DNA from: Octopus sinensis | Lineage: Eukaryota | Length of the DNA stretch: 64,000 bases | NCBI RefSeq assembly: GCF_006345805.1 | Contig: NC_043000.1 | Location: forward strand, 116,746,001 to 116,810,000 | Direction: 5' to 3' | In this document: piece after piece, positions 1-13,496 of the stretch | Numbering within the stretch: position 1 is the stretch's first letter | Layout: each line of letters opens with the position of its first letter | Made by a program: the position numbers and the translations under genes | The notes under the pieces: model-generated | Seen by the model: only the letters and a program-made list of their open reading frames with translations | Told to the model about the DNA's origin: nothing | The model's database searches: none

Positions 1-60
1 ATTACAAGCAACTATAAAACTACTGATGCCAATGTTTATTTTCAAATTACATGCCTTGAA

Positions 61-149
61 TCCATCCATCCATCCATCTATCCATCCATCCACCTACCTA
101 CCTACCTACCTGCCTACCTACCTACCTACCTACCTACCTATCTATCTAG

Positions 150-205
<56 letters not shown>
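61..205. repeat. Compound tetranucleotide microsatellite (CCAT)n-(CCTA)n-(TCTA)n
   Basis: Directly visible; source of the spurious ORF 26..313. Confidence 0.95.
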
Positions 206-904
206 TGTTGCTATTTTGGTATTATCGTACGATTGCCATGTGAGTTAAACCATTCAGAACTGCGAAACCGTCGTCTTTACAACCCAGAAATACCGGGCAA
301 ATTCATTTACTGAAGGAGTTTGAGACAAAAAGGTTTACTAAGTCTTGAAACGCTGCTCTGTCGCAACATCCACGCTATTCTCATTAATCCAAAATGTTTA
401 GTTGTAAAATAAAATCCGATTCATAGCGTACCTTATAATCCTGCTTTCAACAACACTAATGGCAGTAAACGTAACCGGTCACGAATTGCAAATCGTTCAG
501 TTGCAGAAGCTGAGATATAGATGTACACACTTCTCCTCTATTGAATTGAGAAAATTTTCTGTATTATTCTTTCTATACTGCCGATGATGGTATTGTAGTG
601 GAGTTGAGCTAATCTCGCACGTGCCGTTTCCAATCTTAAAGTTTGGCGTGATGAGTACGCGTATGTCTGTCGATAATTTTTTGGCCGTGGCAAATTAAGT
701 TAATTCACCATTTTTGTCACCTATGTAATGGTCTGTATCGCTGGATATGTAACAGGTCCGGGAAGTAGGTGAACTGTCTCGGTTGTTAGAACATCTGATA
801 GAATGCCTCGCGTTCTTTACACTGTTTCTCTGCGCTTTAGGCTCAACTCATGCCGAGGTCAACATTTTCTTTCATTTTCAAAATCAATGAGTTGACAGAC
901 TCGA

Positions 905-1090
905 TAGTACACCGAACGTGATGCTTAGCGGCATTTCTTCCGGCTTTACGCTCAGAGTTCCTTTTCTACCCTGGTCGAGAGTGCCTTCCATCCATTCGGG
1001 ATCTGTAAATAAGTACCAGTTGAACACTGGGAGTCGATGTAATCGACTACACTGCTCCCCTCACCAAATTTCAAGACTTGTGTCTACAGT
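905..1090 (+). mobile_element. Decayed tRNA-derived SINE (family with the central GTCGAC..TTTCATCC..GGGGTCGATAAA..AAGTACCAGTT domain)
   Basis: Matches better copies at 32021 and 63478 (taagtaccagttgaacactgggagtcgatgtaatcgact). Confidence 0.7.
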
Positions 1091-2095
1091 ACAGACAATG
1101 TAAGCACACATACATCATAATAATACTATGAATGCGCGCGCGTGTGTACGCGCGCATGCGCATTACTAAATTCAAGAGTGTTTCAAAAAAATTATGGTAG
1201 TGACTCAAATTTGCTGTAAACTTCAGATTGAATGCCATTTCAAGTTTTGCATATCAGCTTGTTGAATAAGAGAATGTCAATTGCACATGATGAGATTTGA
1301 AATTTCTTTTAAAACTGACAATGAAAAGAATTTTATTTTATTCAAAGTAGTGAAATATCTAAATTGTAAAATGTCAAAATACAGTTTATGTATTTATGTA
1401 GAAAGTTTCTGAAGGTCAGCGGACGAGTAAGTGGAAGAAAAGGTTGCCGAACTGCTAAAGAAAGGAAACTAAAATATAAAGATTAAAAATAATATTTGAA
1501 TATAAATCAGTATTCAGTCAAAACTGAAAAGACACCTTGGCGTAGAAGCTGTTCTCTCATTAAATGAAGAAGCTTTAACAATGTTGTATTGTACAGAATT
1601 TTAATGTATCAGTTGGAATTTAAGAGAAAATCTTTTTTACTTCCTACAACAGTATGAGTTTGTGAATGTATATGCGTGGATAAATTTTAAAAAACATTTG
1701 TATGTTTTTAAGCCAGTACAAAGATTTGTAAAATGTTTATATTAAAAATATTAATTCAAAGCAATCATTTTTTTTTTATCACTGAAAGATCAAAATAATC
1801 AAACTAGGATATTTTATACATTATATATAAAAGGAAAATAGAAATAATGTTTGACTTGTTCTGTGAAATTACAAAAAGCTATAAAGAGATTTTGAAATAA
1901 GCTGAGTCCGTTTTGCAGCCACGTGATTTCGAGTCCTGTCCAGTATACTTTGGGAAAGTGTCTACTACACACCTATGTTAACTAATGACTTTTGAGGAAA
2001 TTTGTAGACGTAAAGTGTGTAGAAGCCTGTCGTTAAACTAATACACCAGTTCGTTGTTTACACACCCGTCTTCGTTGTTTGTTTTTAGTAAATTC

Positions 2096-2138
<43 letters not shown>

Positions 2139-2368
2139 GTAGATAAACTTAGATATGTTTCGACCAATGATTGGTCCAGGCCATGTCCAACTTAATAGTA
2201 CCACCTATATATATATATATATTGGCCTGCTTGCTTAGCCAGCGGGGTGGCGTCATTTGAAGGCTAAAACAATGCGAAGCGCATTGTGACCAGCGATGTG
2301 TAGCAACATCTGATAGCCTGGTCGGTTACGGTGATCACGGTGATATATATATACATTTATATATATAT

Positions 2369-2410
<42 letters not shown>

Positions 2411-2414
<4 letters not shown>

Positions 2415-2583
2415 ATCCTAACATGAAAACACAAAGAGAAAACACAACAACGCGAGGACGTGGAACAAATATATTATTATTGGACGTTTCGAGCGGAGCT
2501 CTTCGTCAGAAACATAGGAAAAGGAAAGATCCAGAGAAGGGAAGACGGAGGAAAGAAATCGCCAACGGTACACACGCGGTCAC
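2411..2583 (-). mobile_element. Penelope-like terminal (pLTR) fragment, family P1, with minimal hammerhead-like motif
   Basis: Minus strand reads CTGACGA-A-GAGC-TCC-GCTC-GAAACGTC. Homologous copies lie at ~50200-50410 and 52283-52481. Flanked by microsatellites. Confidence 0.65.
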
Positions 2584-2877
<294 letters not shown>

Positions 2878-2940
2878 ACATATATATATATATATTATAT
2901 ATATATATAATATATATATATATGTATATATGTATATGTT

Positions 2941-3006
<66 letters not shown>

Positions 3007-3242
3007 GTCGAAGCGTTCCTGTCACAATCTGAACCTGATATATGCTTAAATGCAAGAAAGTATACCAGTTCAATGAGAATAGGTATTTGATATTTAATTT
3101 TCAATATTTCATTTGTTCAATAGGACAATCAATACTTCATTTCATTTCTTTCTTACTATATATTCTATATTCTATATCTTATATTAATATTATAAGAATA
3201 TAGATAAAACATTAAAAAAGACAGAATAGGAATTCCTTTGAG

Positions 3243-3297
<55 letters not shown>

Positions 3298-4575
3298 TAT
3301 ATATATATATGTATATGTACATATATACAAAGTTTGCATCATATGCTGACCCGCTTCTTCTACTTAGTACTGATTTCATTTTGTACTATGCAGTTAAAAA
3401 CGATGGGGGAAGCCCTGAAGTTTTAAAAAGAAATTGGAAATCGGCGACCACGATTACAATGATCACTTTATTCATTTTCAAAAATAATATCAAACGTAAT
3501 ATTAAAAAAAAATGAATTGCTAAAAAAGCTTACATTAACCCCCTACTCTAAGATTTCGGCTTGTTTACAAAATGTTTTAAAATCGTAAAAATACGGACGG
3601 TCCGAAATTGCAATTTGCTTCTGTTCATAATTTCAAAATAATTTTCCGGCGAAAGTGCGTGTGATTTAAGGTAGAATTAACTGACGTTTCTAGCATATCG
3701 CACGACCTCCTAGCACATTCCTCCTCTCTCTATCACATGTATTGACGATTTTAAATATTTTTCAAACCATAAATTCATTTTATCGAATGCTGACTCGGCG
3801 GTACATTGCTGGGATTTAAACTATAATAAAAACAATTTGTAATTTAAGATTTTAATCCCTCGCCACTCACCTGCCGAGTTTATGTTTGTGTATCCGCGTG
3901 TATGCGTGTGGAGTGGTGTAGGAAAAACGTATTTACTTATAGAAACGTATGCTATTAAAATAAATTGCACTTTCACATAACTTTTTCAAAGCAATGTGAC
4001 GCCTTCATAAAATTCTTTACACACATACGTGCACACACACTGACAAACACACGCAAGCTCAGCGTGAGTTATGTATATTTATAGAGAGTATGGGAGAGAG
4101 AGAGATGGGAAGATTGAGAGAGAGAAAGAAAGAGAGAGAGCCTGATAAATATATATAGAGAAGGGAAAGTTTACCATGGGAAAGGCGAAAAATGAAAGAG
4201 ATAAATTGAGAAATCATTTCTATTGCTGTCAGTGATTGTGATATCACACTCACACATACACACGCACACACATATTGTGTATATATGTATGTATGCCTGT
4301 ATGTAAGTATATATGTATATATATATATGTATGTATATATTTACAGATGCATTCTGGTACATTTATAGAACCATTTCGTGTTGCGAAATTCATCGAAATT
4401 CATTTTTAAGAGTTCAGCATACGACTGTTGGCGTGTTTCTTTTCAAAATAGAAGTGTATATATTAGTGCAAGTCTGTCACGGGCATATAGTGGATATAAT
4501 GTTGATAATGAGAATGAGGTATGAGTGTAGGAAACACATATACACACATACATACGCAAATGTATATATACCTGT

Positions 4576-4651
<76 letters not shown>

Positions 4652-4678
4652 GAGAAAGAAGCAACAAGAATGGATTAG

Positions 4679-4771
4679 TTTTTAGTACAATTGTTTCATA
4701 CAAAGACAGGCTTTATTAAAAGTTGCAAAAATTGAAGCAGATAAAAGTGTCCCGTACTCATCAGCTAAAAT
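4679..4771 (-). ncRNA. Type I hammerhead ribozyme motif (inverted copy)
   Basis: Reverse complement of the 4940-5031 motif, with all core nucleotides kept. Confidence 0.75.
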
Positions 4772-4939
4772 TCTCTGTGAAGCTAATAAGCTTTTTTTAA
4801 AAACCTGTGATAAGACTGTGCATCATCATTAAGGAACTTCGGAAATCTGTTTACAACCTAAATCTGCTTTTAATGAAATTATCTCCAATACTTCATGAAT
4901 ATAGCCTCACCCACTAAGATGTTTGGAGAACTCATATGT

Positions 4940-5031
4940 ATTTTAGCTGATGAGTACGGGACACTTTTATCTGCTGCAATTGTTGCAACTTTTAATAAAG
5001 CTTGTCTTTGTATGAAACAATTGTACTAAAA
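4940..5031 (+). ncRNA. Type I hammerhead ribozyme motif with extended stem II
   Basis: TTTTAG-CTGATGA-GTAC...GTAT-GAAAC-AATT-GTA-CTAAAA. Stem I is TTTTAG/CTAAAA, the core is intact, stem III is palindromic (CAATTG), and the cleavage triplet is GUA. Confidence 0.8.
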
Positions 5032-5177
5032 AATTAATCCATTCTTGTTGCTTCTTTCTCGTTTATAATCACCCCACATTACTGTATGGTTAACACCATA
5101 TAGTTTTCTGGTGCATCTAAGTTAAGTACCACATTCAAGTAAATTCATTGGAATTGACTTGAATCTTAATTGCTTTT

Positions 5178-5242
<65 letters not shown>

Positions 5243-5243
5243 T

Positions 5244-5533
5244 GAGACACCCTTCAGTCATGACTGACCATGGGATTGCTGCTAGAATGTTACCCTCCCA
5301 GGAACAAGTCCGGGCAAGGTTGTTTATGGAAGACCAGCAGTTGCCCATGCATACCAGTCTCCCCTCTCCTGTGTTATCTAAGGGAAAGGCAAAGGCCGAT
5401 ACAGCAAATCCTTGAACTGGAGCAAAGTAAAATAAAGTGTCTTGCTCAAGAACACAACACGCAGCTCGGTCCGGGATTCGAACTCACAACCTCGCGATCG
5501 TAAGCTCAACGCTCTAACTACTGAGCCATGCAC
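5244..5533 (-). mobile_element. tRNA-derived SINE
   Basis: Minus-strand head has box A (TGGCTCAGTAGTTAG) and box B (GAGTTCGAATCCC), followed by TTGAGCAAGACACTTTA core-like sequence and a non-tRNA tail. Confidence 0.8.
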
Positions 5534-5615
5534 TTTCAAGTATATATATATACAGAGTGTGTGTGTGTTTGTATAAATATGTAAATATAGATATATATGT
5601 ATACATATATATATA

Positions 5616-5672
<57 letters not shown>

Positions 5673-6205
5673 TATATATATATAGATATATATATATATA
5701 TATATATACATAATATATATGTATACATACAAATATATATGTATACATATATATATATTACATATTTATACAAACACACACACACTCTCTCACTCCCACT
5801 CTCTCGCACACACACATATATATGCATTGCACCGACGTTCATTGCCCATTGTGAAGAGATCACAGCACCTACGAACATTTTATTATAAAAGATTTCCAGT
5901 GATGTATATATTACGAAAATTCACATACGAAGTTACAGTATGAGACCTCATTCTGGACGTTCAGTTCAGAAAATTGAAAAGCATTATATGATCTTAGAGA
6001 TAATCTGCAGGGAAAATAAGATCTTTAAGAAGTTATGTTTGTCACGGGGAAAACATTCCGAAAGATTCTTTTGCATGAAATATTGACGTTTGAGAAGAAA
6101 TATTTTATAGAAATCAAAGTCATTTCATCTTTAAATCATATAATCCGACAGAACGACAAAAAGGTAACGTCGATGGATCATATGGTGCGATAAATGCCTT
6201 TACAA

Positions 6206-6206
<1 letters not shown>

Positions 6207-6258
<52 letters not shown>

Positions 6259-6262
6259 ATAC

Positions 6263-6296
<34 letters not shown>

Positions 6297-6342
6297 CTAT
6301 ATATATATATATACATACATATATATATATATATCTATATAT

Positions 6343-6396
<54 letters not shown>

Positions 6397-6590
6397 TATA
6401 TATATATTATATATATATATGTGTATATATATATATATATTGTGTATATCTATATATATATATATGTATAAATATGTATATATATGTATGTATATATATA
6501 TGTATATATATATATATATATATATGTGTATATCTATATATATATATATATATAAATATGTATATATATGTATGTATATATATATGTATG

Positions 6591-6680
<90 letters not shown>

Positions 6681-6699
6681 TATATACATATATACATAC

Positions 6700-6736
<37 letters not shown>
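6207..6736. repeat. ~530 bp interrupted (TA)n array bracketed by 28-bp inverted repeats
   Basis: Directly visible. 6177-6204 versus 6737-6764 are reverse complements with 1 mismatch. Confidence 0.9.
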
Positions 6737-7184
6737 TGTAAAGGCATTTATCGCGCCATATGATTCATGTGTTTGTGTGTGTGTATATATATATATATAC
6801 ATGTATGTATGTATGTTTGTATGTATGTGTGTCTGTGTATTGATAAATCGATGAACACAGGATTATAGAAGACCACTCTAGAGGGCCAAGTTTTAACAAT
6901 CGTTGTATTAGTTTAATGCTTAAACGAAATGGACGAATCTTGACGTTTTTGAAGCTTTTCATTAATCAGGTGAAGCCATAATCTTGCGTCTACATTCTCT
7001 AAAACACACAGACTCATATTTATACGCATATGTATGTGTGTGGATCAGCATGCGTGTGTGTGTGTCTTGTCTTGTACGGAAATCGTCCCTTTTATATTCT
7101 AAAGTTATCGCGAAGATTTACAAGTGTTAGCTTTATGTGGATTTTAGACATCATCTTTTATAACCTCTTACTCTTTTACTCTTT

Positions 7185-7580
7185 TATTTGTTTCAGTCAT
7201 GTCACAGTGGCCATGCTGGAGCGCCGCCTTTAGTCGAGCAAACCGACCCCATGACTTATTCTTTGTAATCCTAGTACTTATTCTATCAGTCTCTTTTGCC
7301 GAACTGCTAAGGGGACATAAACACACCAGCATCGGTTGTCAAGCGATGCTGGGGTGAAAAACACGGACACACAAACATACACACATATATATATATGGGG
7401 GGGTGTATACATATATATGATGGGTTTCTTTCAGTTTCCGCCTACCAAATCCACTCACAAGGCTTTGGTCGGCCTGAGACGATAGTAGAAACGCTTGCTC
7501 AAGGTGCTATGCAGTGAGACTGAACCAGGAATCATGTGGTTGGTAAGCAAGCTACTTACCACACAGCCACTCCTGCGCCT
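7185..7580 (-). mobile_element. tRNA-derived SINE with internal microsatellite and LINE-type 3' tail
   Basis: Head AGGCGCAGGAGTGGCTGTGTGGTAAG, central (TA)/(TG) tract, tail GGCGGCGCTCCAGCATGGCCACTGTGACATGACTGAAAC. Same family as 62635-63060. Confidence 0.85.
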
Positions 7581-7584
7581 AAAT

Positions 7585-7680
7585 AAGCGGTCACCCATCT
7601 AAGTACTAACTAGGCCCGACTTTGCTTAACTTCTGTGATCTGACGAGAACCGGTGCTTTCAATGTGAAATGGCCGTAAGC
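7585..7680 (-). pseudogene. 3'-truncated 5S rRNA pseudogene (about nt 1-96)
   Basis: Minus strand GCTTACGGCCATTTCACATTGAAAGCACCGGTTCTCGTCAGATCACAGAAGTTAAGCAAAGTCGGGCCTAGTTAGTACTTAGATGGGTGACCGCTT is colinear with metazoan 5S. It stops just after box C and has no T-run terminator. Confidence 0.9.
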
Positions 7681-8009
7681 AAAAATCTGTGATTGAGATG
7701 GAATAGATCCAAGACACTTGCCCAAGGTGCCACGTAGTGGGACTGAGCCCGGAACCATGTGTTTGGTAAGCAAGCTACTTACCACACAGCCACACCAGTG
7801 CCCATATATATATATTAATCTTTGAGCCTCGTAAATTCGAATGCCTTTTAGCAAGTTGTTCTTCATAACTGCATTTCGTCTTCAGGCCGCGATTATTCTT
7901 CCTATTCATATTGCTAACAAACTACTGGCATACAGAAATGGCATTCTATTCTATTAACGCTTTTGGCAAATAATAAGCAGTTAATGATGATGATGACGAC
8001 GACGACAAG

Positions 8010-8055
<46 letters not shown>

Positions 8056-9087
8056 GACGTGGTTCCTCAAAGTTGCTCTTAACGAAATTCATTCATAAAG
8101 CATTGCCAAAGATTCTGCAAAGTAGGTCTGAACCTGTAGCAACATGTTTAGAAAACGACCTTCTTAACCACACAGCCGTACCTGCGCCGATGTTTGTGAG
8201 CAAGTTTGCAGCTTTTCCAAAATATCATCACTTTGATATATGTTTATCTTGAGAAGTCATGCAAAGAGTAACTTTTAACACGTTAAAAATAAAACCAATT
8301 GGACAAAAAAAAAACTGTGTTGTAATAGAAAGTAAAGAATACAAAAAAATATATTGAGTGGGGAAAAAAGTCTGCAAGAAACGGAATGAATATAAACGAG
8401 GTACATTACAAATGTTAGATTGCCGTGTCAATATAAAATATGTTAGCTTGCAGCGGAGCACTCGGACGTATGTATGTATATATATATATATACATACATG
8501 CTGGTATATATATGTGTGTGCCTGTTCCATGAATGTATATATATATATATATATATATATCTATATAGATGTATGATACAAATCTATTTTTTAATCGGTT
8601 AATATAAATAGAGGCATATAAGCATATATGAAAGTACATTCCTTTAGTGAAACTATTTAATTTTTTTTTTCCAAAATACTTTGAAATTCACATGCAGTTT
8701 GTTTGGCTCATTAAGTTTCTAACGGTAAAAAGAAAAAAAAAGAAATGAAAGTTCCAAGAATATTATATATGTGAAGTTGGTTTTACTTACATTAGGCGGC
8801 ACCATTGTGTTGCATGTCGTCAATGCCACCGGAATTAGAACTGTAGCTTTCAGACTTATTGGTAATGATAAGGCCAATGCCTTCTCGGATGTAAAGTAGG
8901 CATTCTGAATATCTATTTTAGCATTACGCTGTTATGTGCATAGCGCAGGCGTGGCGGTGTGATCAGATTTTTCCTAATCATATGATTTCGGGTTCAGTTC
9001 CAATGTTTTGCACCTTGATCATTTGTCTTCCACTATAGCAAATCTTTTGAGTGGATTTGGTAGACGAAAACTGAAAGGAAGCTCGTC

Positions 9088-9129
<42 letters not shown>

Positions 9130-9404
9130 CAATAAGGATCATATCGATATTTAAATAGCGATCTTATCAAGTGGCCAGCTTGGGAAACTGACGAAGGCAG
9201 AGCTTCTCTTATGCAAAGTCAGAAATCCATGATCTTGAATTATCCAGAATAATCTTTTTTGCTAGTTTATTTTGTCTCTCTGTCTTCTCTCCGGGCGCTA
9301 TATGAACATTTAAGTTGGCTTTAGGGTCAGGGTTTTGGCAGCTATTTCAGCATGGTGGTATCTCTCAGAAACCCTAATTTATAGTTTTATATATATATAT
9401 ATGT

Positions 9405-9454
<50 letters not shown>

Positions 9455-10091
9455 GTGTATGTGTGTGTGTGCGTGTGTTTGTGTGTGTGTGTTTCTTCCC
9501 CACCACCACTTAGTAACTAACGTTGGTGTGCTTACGTCAACGTGACATAGCGGTTCGGTAATAGAGACAAATAGAATAAGTACCAGACCTAGAAATAAAA
9601 TATATGCTGGTATCGATTCGTCCAATTAAAAGATCCTCAAGGCAGTGCGGCAGCATGGTCGCAGTTAATTGACTGAAATAAGTAAAAGATAAAATATAGC
9701 TTCTATCACATCATTATTTTGTTTTTGCGAGGAATTCTAAAGACTGCAGATTCGTTCTTCGGTAAACGCTGCTCTAGTTTAGTTTTGTGTTCTCTGGTAT
9801 AGTCTATTACAACTTACCTCGTATAGTAAATGCATGGTGAACCAGTGGGGAAAAGTATCAGCTCACGATTTAAATTATTGGCATTCTTGGGAATAAAGAG
9901 CGAATTCCTTTTCAAGGTTTTGTATAGAGAGCCAGCTGTTAACTACGCAGCAAAAATCGCAGTTCATATACATTGATGTTTTCCATAAGAATGCCAAAAT
10001 CTACTACAGCCTGGTTTCAGTGACGTACTAATCAAACTCATGAAGATAGCATCTATAATATAGGATGTTCAAAAAGTCTTTCAGCGGTGGA

Positions 10092-10599
10092 TTTTTTCAT
10101 CTTGACTCTATACCACATCAGACTCTCCAAAATGTAGTTCAAAACACGTGTGGATGAGGAGTCAACTACGGTGTTAGCTGTTCACTACTAGTGAACTAAG
10201 GTAACCATCTTTTGAGCACCATCCGGAGTGTTCGAGCGATTCCAAGCAGTGCTGTTTTCTTCAGTTCCTTCACCCTTATTGCTTGGTACTACTGCTCCTT
10301 TTTCCTCGACCACAACCGCTTAACTTCCCAAGCTAACTTGTCATATTTGTCGACTTTTCTTTCTTCTTTATCACATACCTTGTTGTCGGCTGGGCATGCT
10401 ATATCTATAATCCAGCACCATTTGCTTTTTTTCTCCATTAACACTATGTCTGGTTCCTATTCTCTATCTCATGGTCGCACTGAATCATAGAATCCCATAG
10501 GATATTTGCGCTATTAATTTCGATGATGCCTTCGGTTTTATGTTCATACTACTTTTTGGTTCTGTCAAGTCCATCCTTGTTGCAAATTGCCCAATGGAC
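10092..10599 (-). mobile_element. 5'-truncated R4/Dong-type retrotransposon 3' fragment (RLE domain)
   Basis: Minus-strand translation gives VHWAICNK..ILWDSMIQCDHEIENR.PDIVL..WIIDIACPADNKVCDKEERKVDKYDKLAWEVKRLW..KKTALLGIARTLR. Its 5' end abuts an (ATC)/(ATT)n array. Confidence 0.85.
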
Positions 10600-10669
10600 A
10601 TTATCATCATCATCATCATCATCATCAACATTATTATTATTATTATTATTATTATTATCATTATTATTA

Positions 10670-10729
<60 letters not shown>
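10600..10729. repeat. (ATC)n-(ATT)n microsatellite
   Basis: Directly visible. Confidence 0.95.
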
Positions 10730-11965
10730 GGACGGCTCTAGTAACCCGACAAACTGTTCGTGATCAGTTAGAAATAAATCAATCACATATGTTGCCCAGG
10801 TTGGTCGACTTACATTCGGCAAGGTTTCGCTTATTCAGCTGACCTGAAGTGTCATAGGATCAGGCGCTGGGGGATAATTAGGTGAACGATAGGTTTAGTA
10901 TATTGAAATTAAATGGATAGTATAGATTTGAAAGTGATCGAATGACTCCATAAATGTAGAGAGACAGAGAGTTATTTGATAAAAATTCTGGTTTTGCCTC
11001 CCTCAAAGTGAATTCTTGTATTAGACATATGCGAGGTGGGAATCATAGTGGAGAGAAAGACATTATTTGGAGAATATTGTCCTGGTTGTGTTGAATGGAG
11101 CTGGTTGAAAGCGGGTAGTGAAAGGGGACGCTTTCTCCATAATAGGTGTGATTACGGAGTCAACGTTATTTAGAAGAAAAGGCAAAGACTCTGCGAAATT
11201 CGTGAAGCTTCTTTCCACAAGGAAGCAAAACGAATAGTAGCACTTTTGGGGTGCGAGAATGCTTGACCTCTGTGTGAGGCGCGAAGGCATCATATGCTGT
11301 CCGGGTAGCCGCCATGTATGAGATAAGCCATCCAGTTTTAGTGAGTCGGTAAGGTTTATAAAAAGAAGTTTAAAAATATACTGCAATACTTATCATTTTC
11401 GTTATTTCTCTCCGTTGTTGTCAGGAAGCTCTAAAAATGCTAGAAAAATGCAGCTAGGCAGACGCAAAATATCAAGAAGGCTAGGCTTTATGGAAGCATC
11501 TCTGCTAATAAGAAATAAGGATATCTTATATCCATAATAATATCATAGACAAATTGACTGTCAAAAATCAGTTTGATTATAAACAAATTTTCATAGAAAA
11601 CCATGGACCTAGATTTTTATCACAGTAAAATAATTCATGAAAAATAGAAAAAAAAAAAGCCGGGAATAGTGATGGATTTATTTTACTGTCTTTAGTTCTT
11701 AAAGTTGACATCAAACAATTAAATAGGGATTATGAGAAAAGATAAAGGAATGATATTAATAATAAATGGAAATGTTTAAAATACCATATTCATGGAGAGA
11801 AATATCTGCGTATGTTAGTCTGGGCTTTTGTGAGTTTGTGTTTATGTGTGAGTGTATGTATATTTATGTAATATATGTGTGTGGGTGTGTTTGCGTTCGT
11901 TCATACACAACTAGAAACACCCTCTGATTCTGTATTATAAAGTGGAAGCGATAAAATCCTAACAT

Positions 11966-12005
<40 letters not shown>

Positions 12006-13496
12006 ATACAGTAATCGATATTAAAATACATTAATTTAGAATAAAATTTCATTAGTTACTATAGAGATAGATTACCGTTGACAAGTAAACACAATTAAAA
12101 CGTTCTTTAAAAGACGAATTTAAAAACAAATATATCACAGAGCAAAATTTTCCCCAATATTCATCAGAATATTTTAAGAAATGAATTCCAAAACAGATAG
12201 TTACGAAGATGCTTCCTAAAATCATTGATTTATTTCTTTAATAAATTTAAGCGTCCGTGTAAAGCTGCTAAGTCGTGACAGAATGAGAAAGTTATATAAT
12301 GCCCATTATGGATAAGAAACCACACAAACAAGAAAATGGAAAAAATAACGCGCAGTAAAAATGGAAGAAGGTACTGAACAAAAGTGAGCAGTTAAATGCT
12401 TCCGTTGTTAAATCGTCTTGTAGATTTTATTGATGGGCCATCTTTGAAACAATTTTCACCTCCAAAGTTTATTGGCTTTTTAAGACAATTTAAAAAATTA
12501 ATCTGACCCAAAATGGTAGTTTTTGCATTTGAATAAATAATGCCACAAGGTTTCTGAATAGAATTCACACGAGCATAGTTAGTTTGGAACTACATTGTGT
12601 AGGGTCTCTGATGACGAAATAGTTCGAATAAAAATGATATATATAAATGGATTTACGTAACAATTTCCAGGGACATTAATCTTTTGCTCAAGTATTTGTG
12701 GTCCAAATGAAGGCAGGTCGTTGTGAGGGTATGGCTACATTTCTCTAGGCTGGTCATCATTATGTTGTAATTTCCATTAATATTTTCTGTTATGTCGCAA
12801 TACTACACAGTGGCTGTGTGAGCTACGAAATCTCGTCGCCACTGTTATGTAGCACGTTCGGATGCCTTCTACTCAACTCGACTCCTCTCTACTCTTCCCT
12901 CCGCTACTCAACTGTTCTCTGATGACATCTAGACTTCTCCTTCTATATCTACGTATTGGGCTAGCCTACTTCATCGTCTTGGGGCGTCCACACAACAGTT
13001 TCATATAGTTCAATCTTTAAGTGTTTCATTACAAATATCTTAACAAAATAGTTTTCCTTATGTCTAACTAACAGTAAGTAATTGCATATCTTTTAACATC
13101 AGCCAAGCAGAGTAGATTCCTCGATAAAATTAGGATCCCCTTTTGTTCGCTGGCGAGTATAGGTGCATTCTGACTTACAGTGTTGTACGAAATTATGAGA
13201 TAGACTCTCCTGTCATACGCGACAGATAAGGATTCCGCAAATTCTTACTGATAAATCTGCACTGTTGAGTTTTTTTTATAGAGCTAAAGGGTTTGTGCTG
13301 TATATTGGCTCATTTCTTCCATCAAAATGAACGTATTCTGTACATGTGCACAATTTGCCACGAGTCAGAAATCAAAGTGATCGTTTTGCCAAAGAACGAA
13401 ACACGTCTCCCAGTCCGGGAAGGTGGACCACTGTCTTGGGAGTACGCGTGGCCTAATGGTTAGGGTGTTGCATTTACGGTCACAGGGATCGTGTTT

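Larger units (their letters stand above)
4651..5180 (+). mobile_element. Penelope-like element end (P3) with 5' inverted partial terminal repeat
   Basis: 4651-4771 is an inverted copy of 4940-5061, and both arms contain a hammerhead motif. A second family copy lies at 50875-51440. (TA)n on both sides. Confidence 0.75.

Noticed and set aside
5460-5533. tRNA genes (also ~14480-14540, 21327-21390, 59140-59205)
   Set aside because: Box A/B are present but there is no complete acceptor stem, and each continues into a SINE body.
7585-7680. Functional 5S rRNA gene
   Set aside because: It lacks the last ~24 nt and the terminator, has many substitutions, and is not in a tandem array.
11063-11386. 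107-aa non-repetitive ORF as a host exon
   Set aside because: No recognisable domain or convincing splice boundaries; it may be an old TE remnant.
12598-12635. Further hammerhead-like strings (12608 CTGATGACGAAATAGTTCGAAT; 20066-20104 minus; 57385-57400 minus; 63807)
   Set aside because: Core or stems are incomplete, so they cannot be separated from chance or heavy decay by eye.
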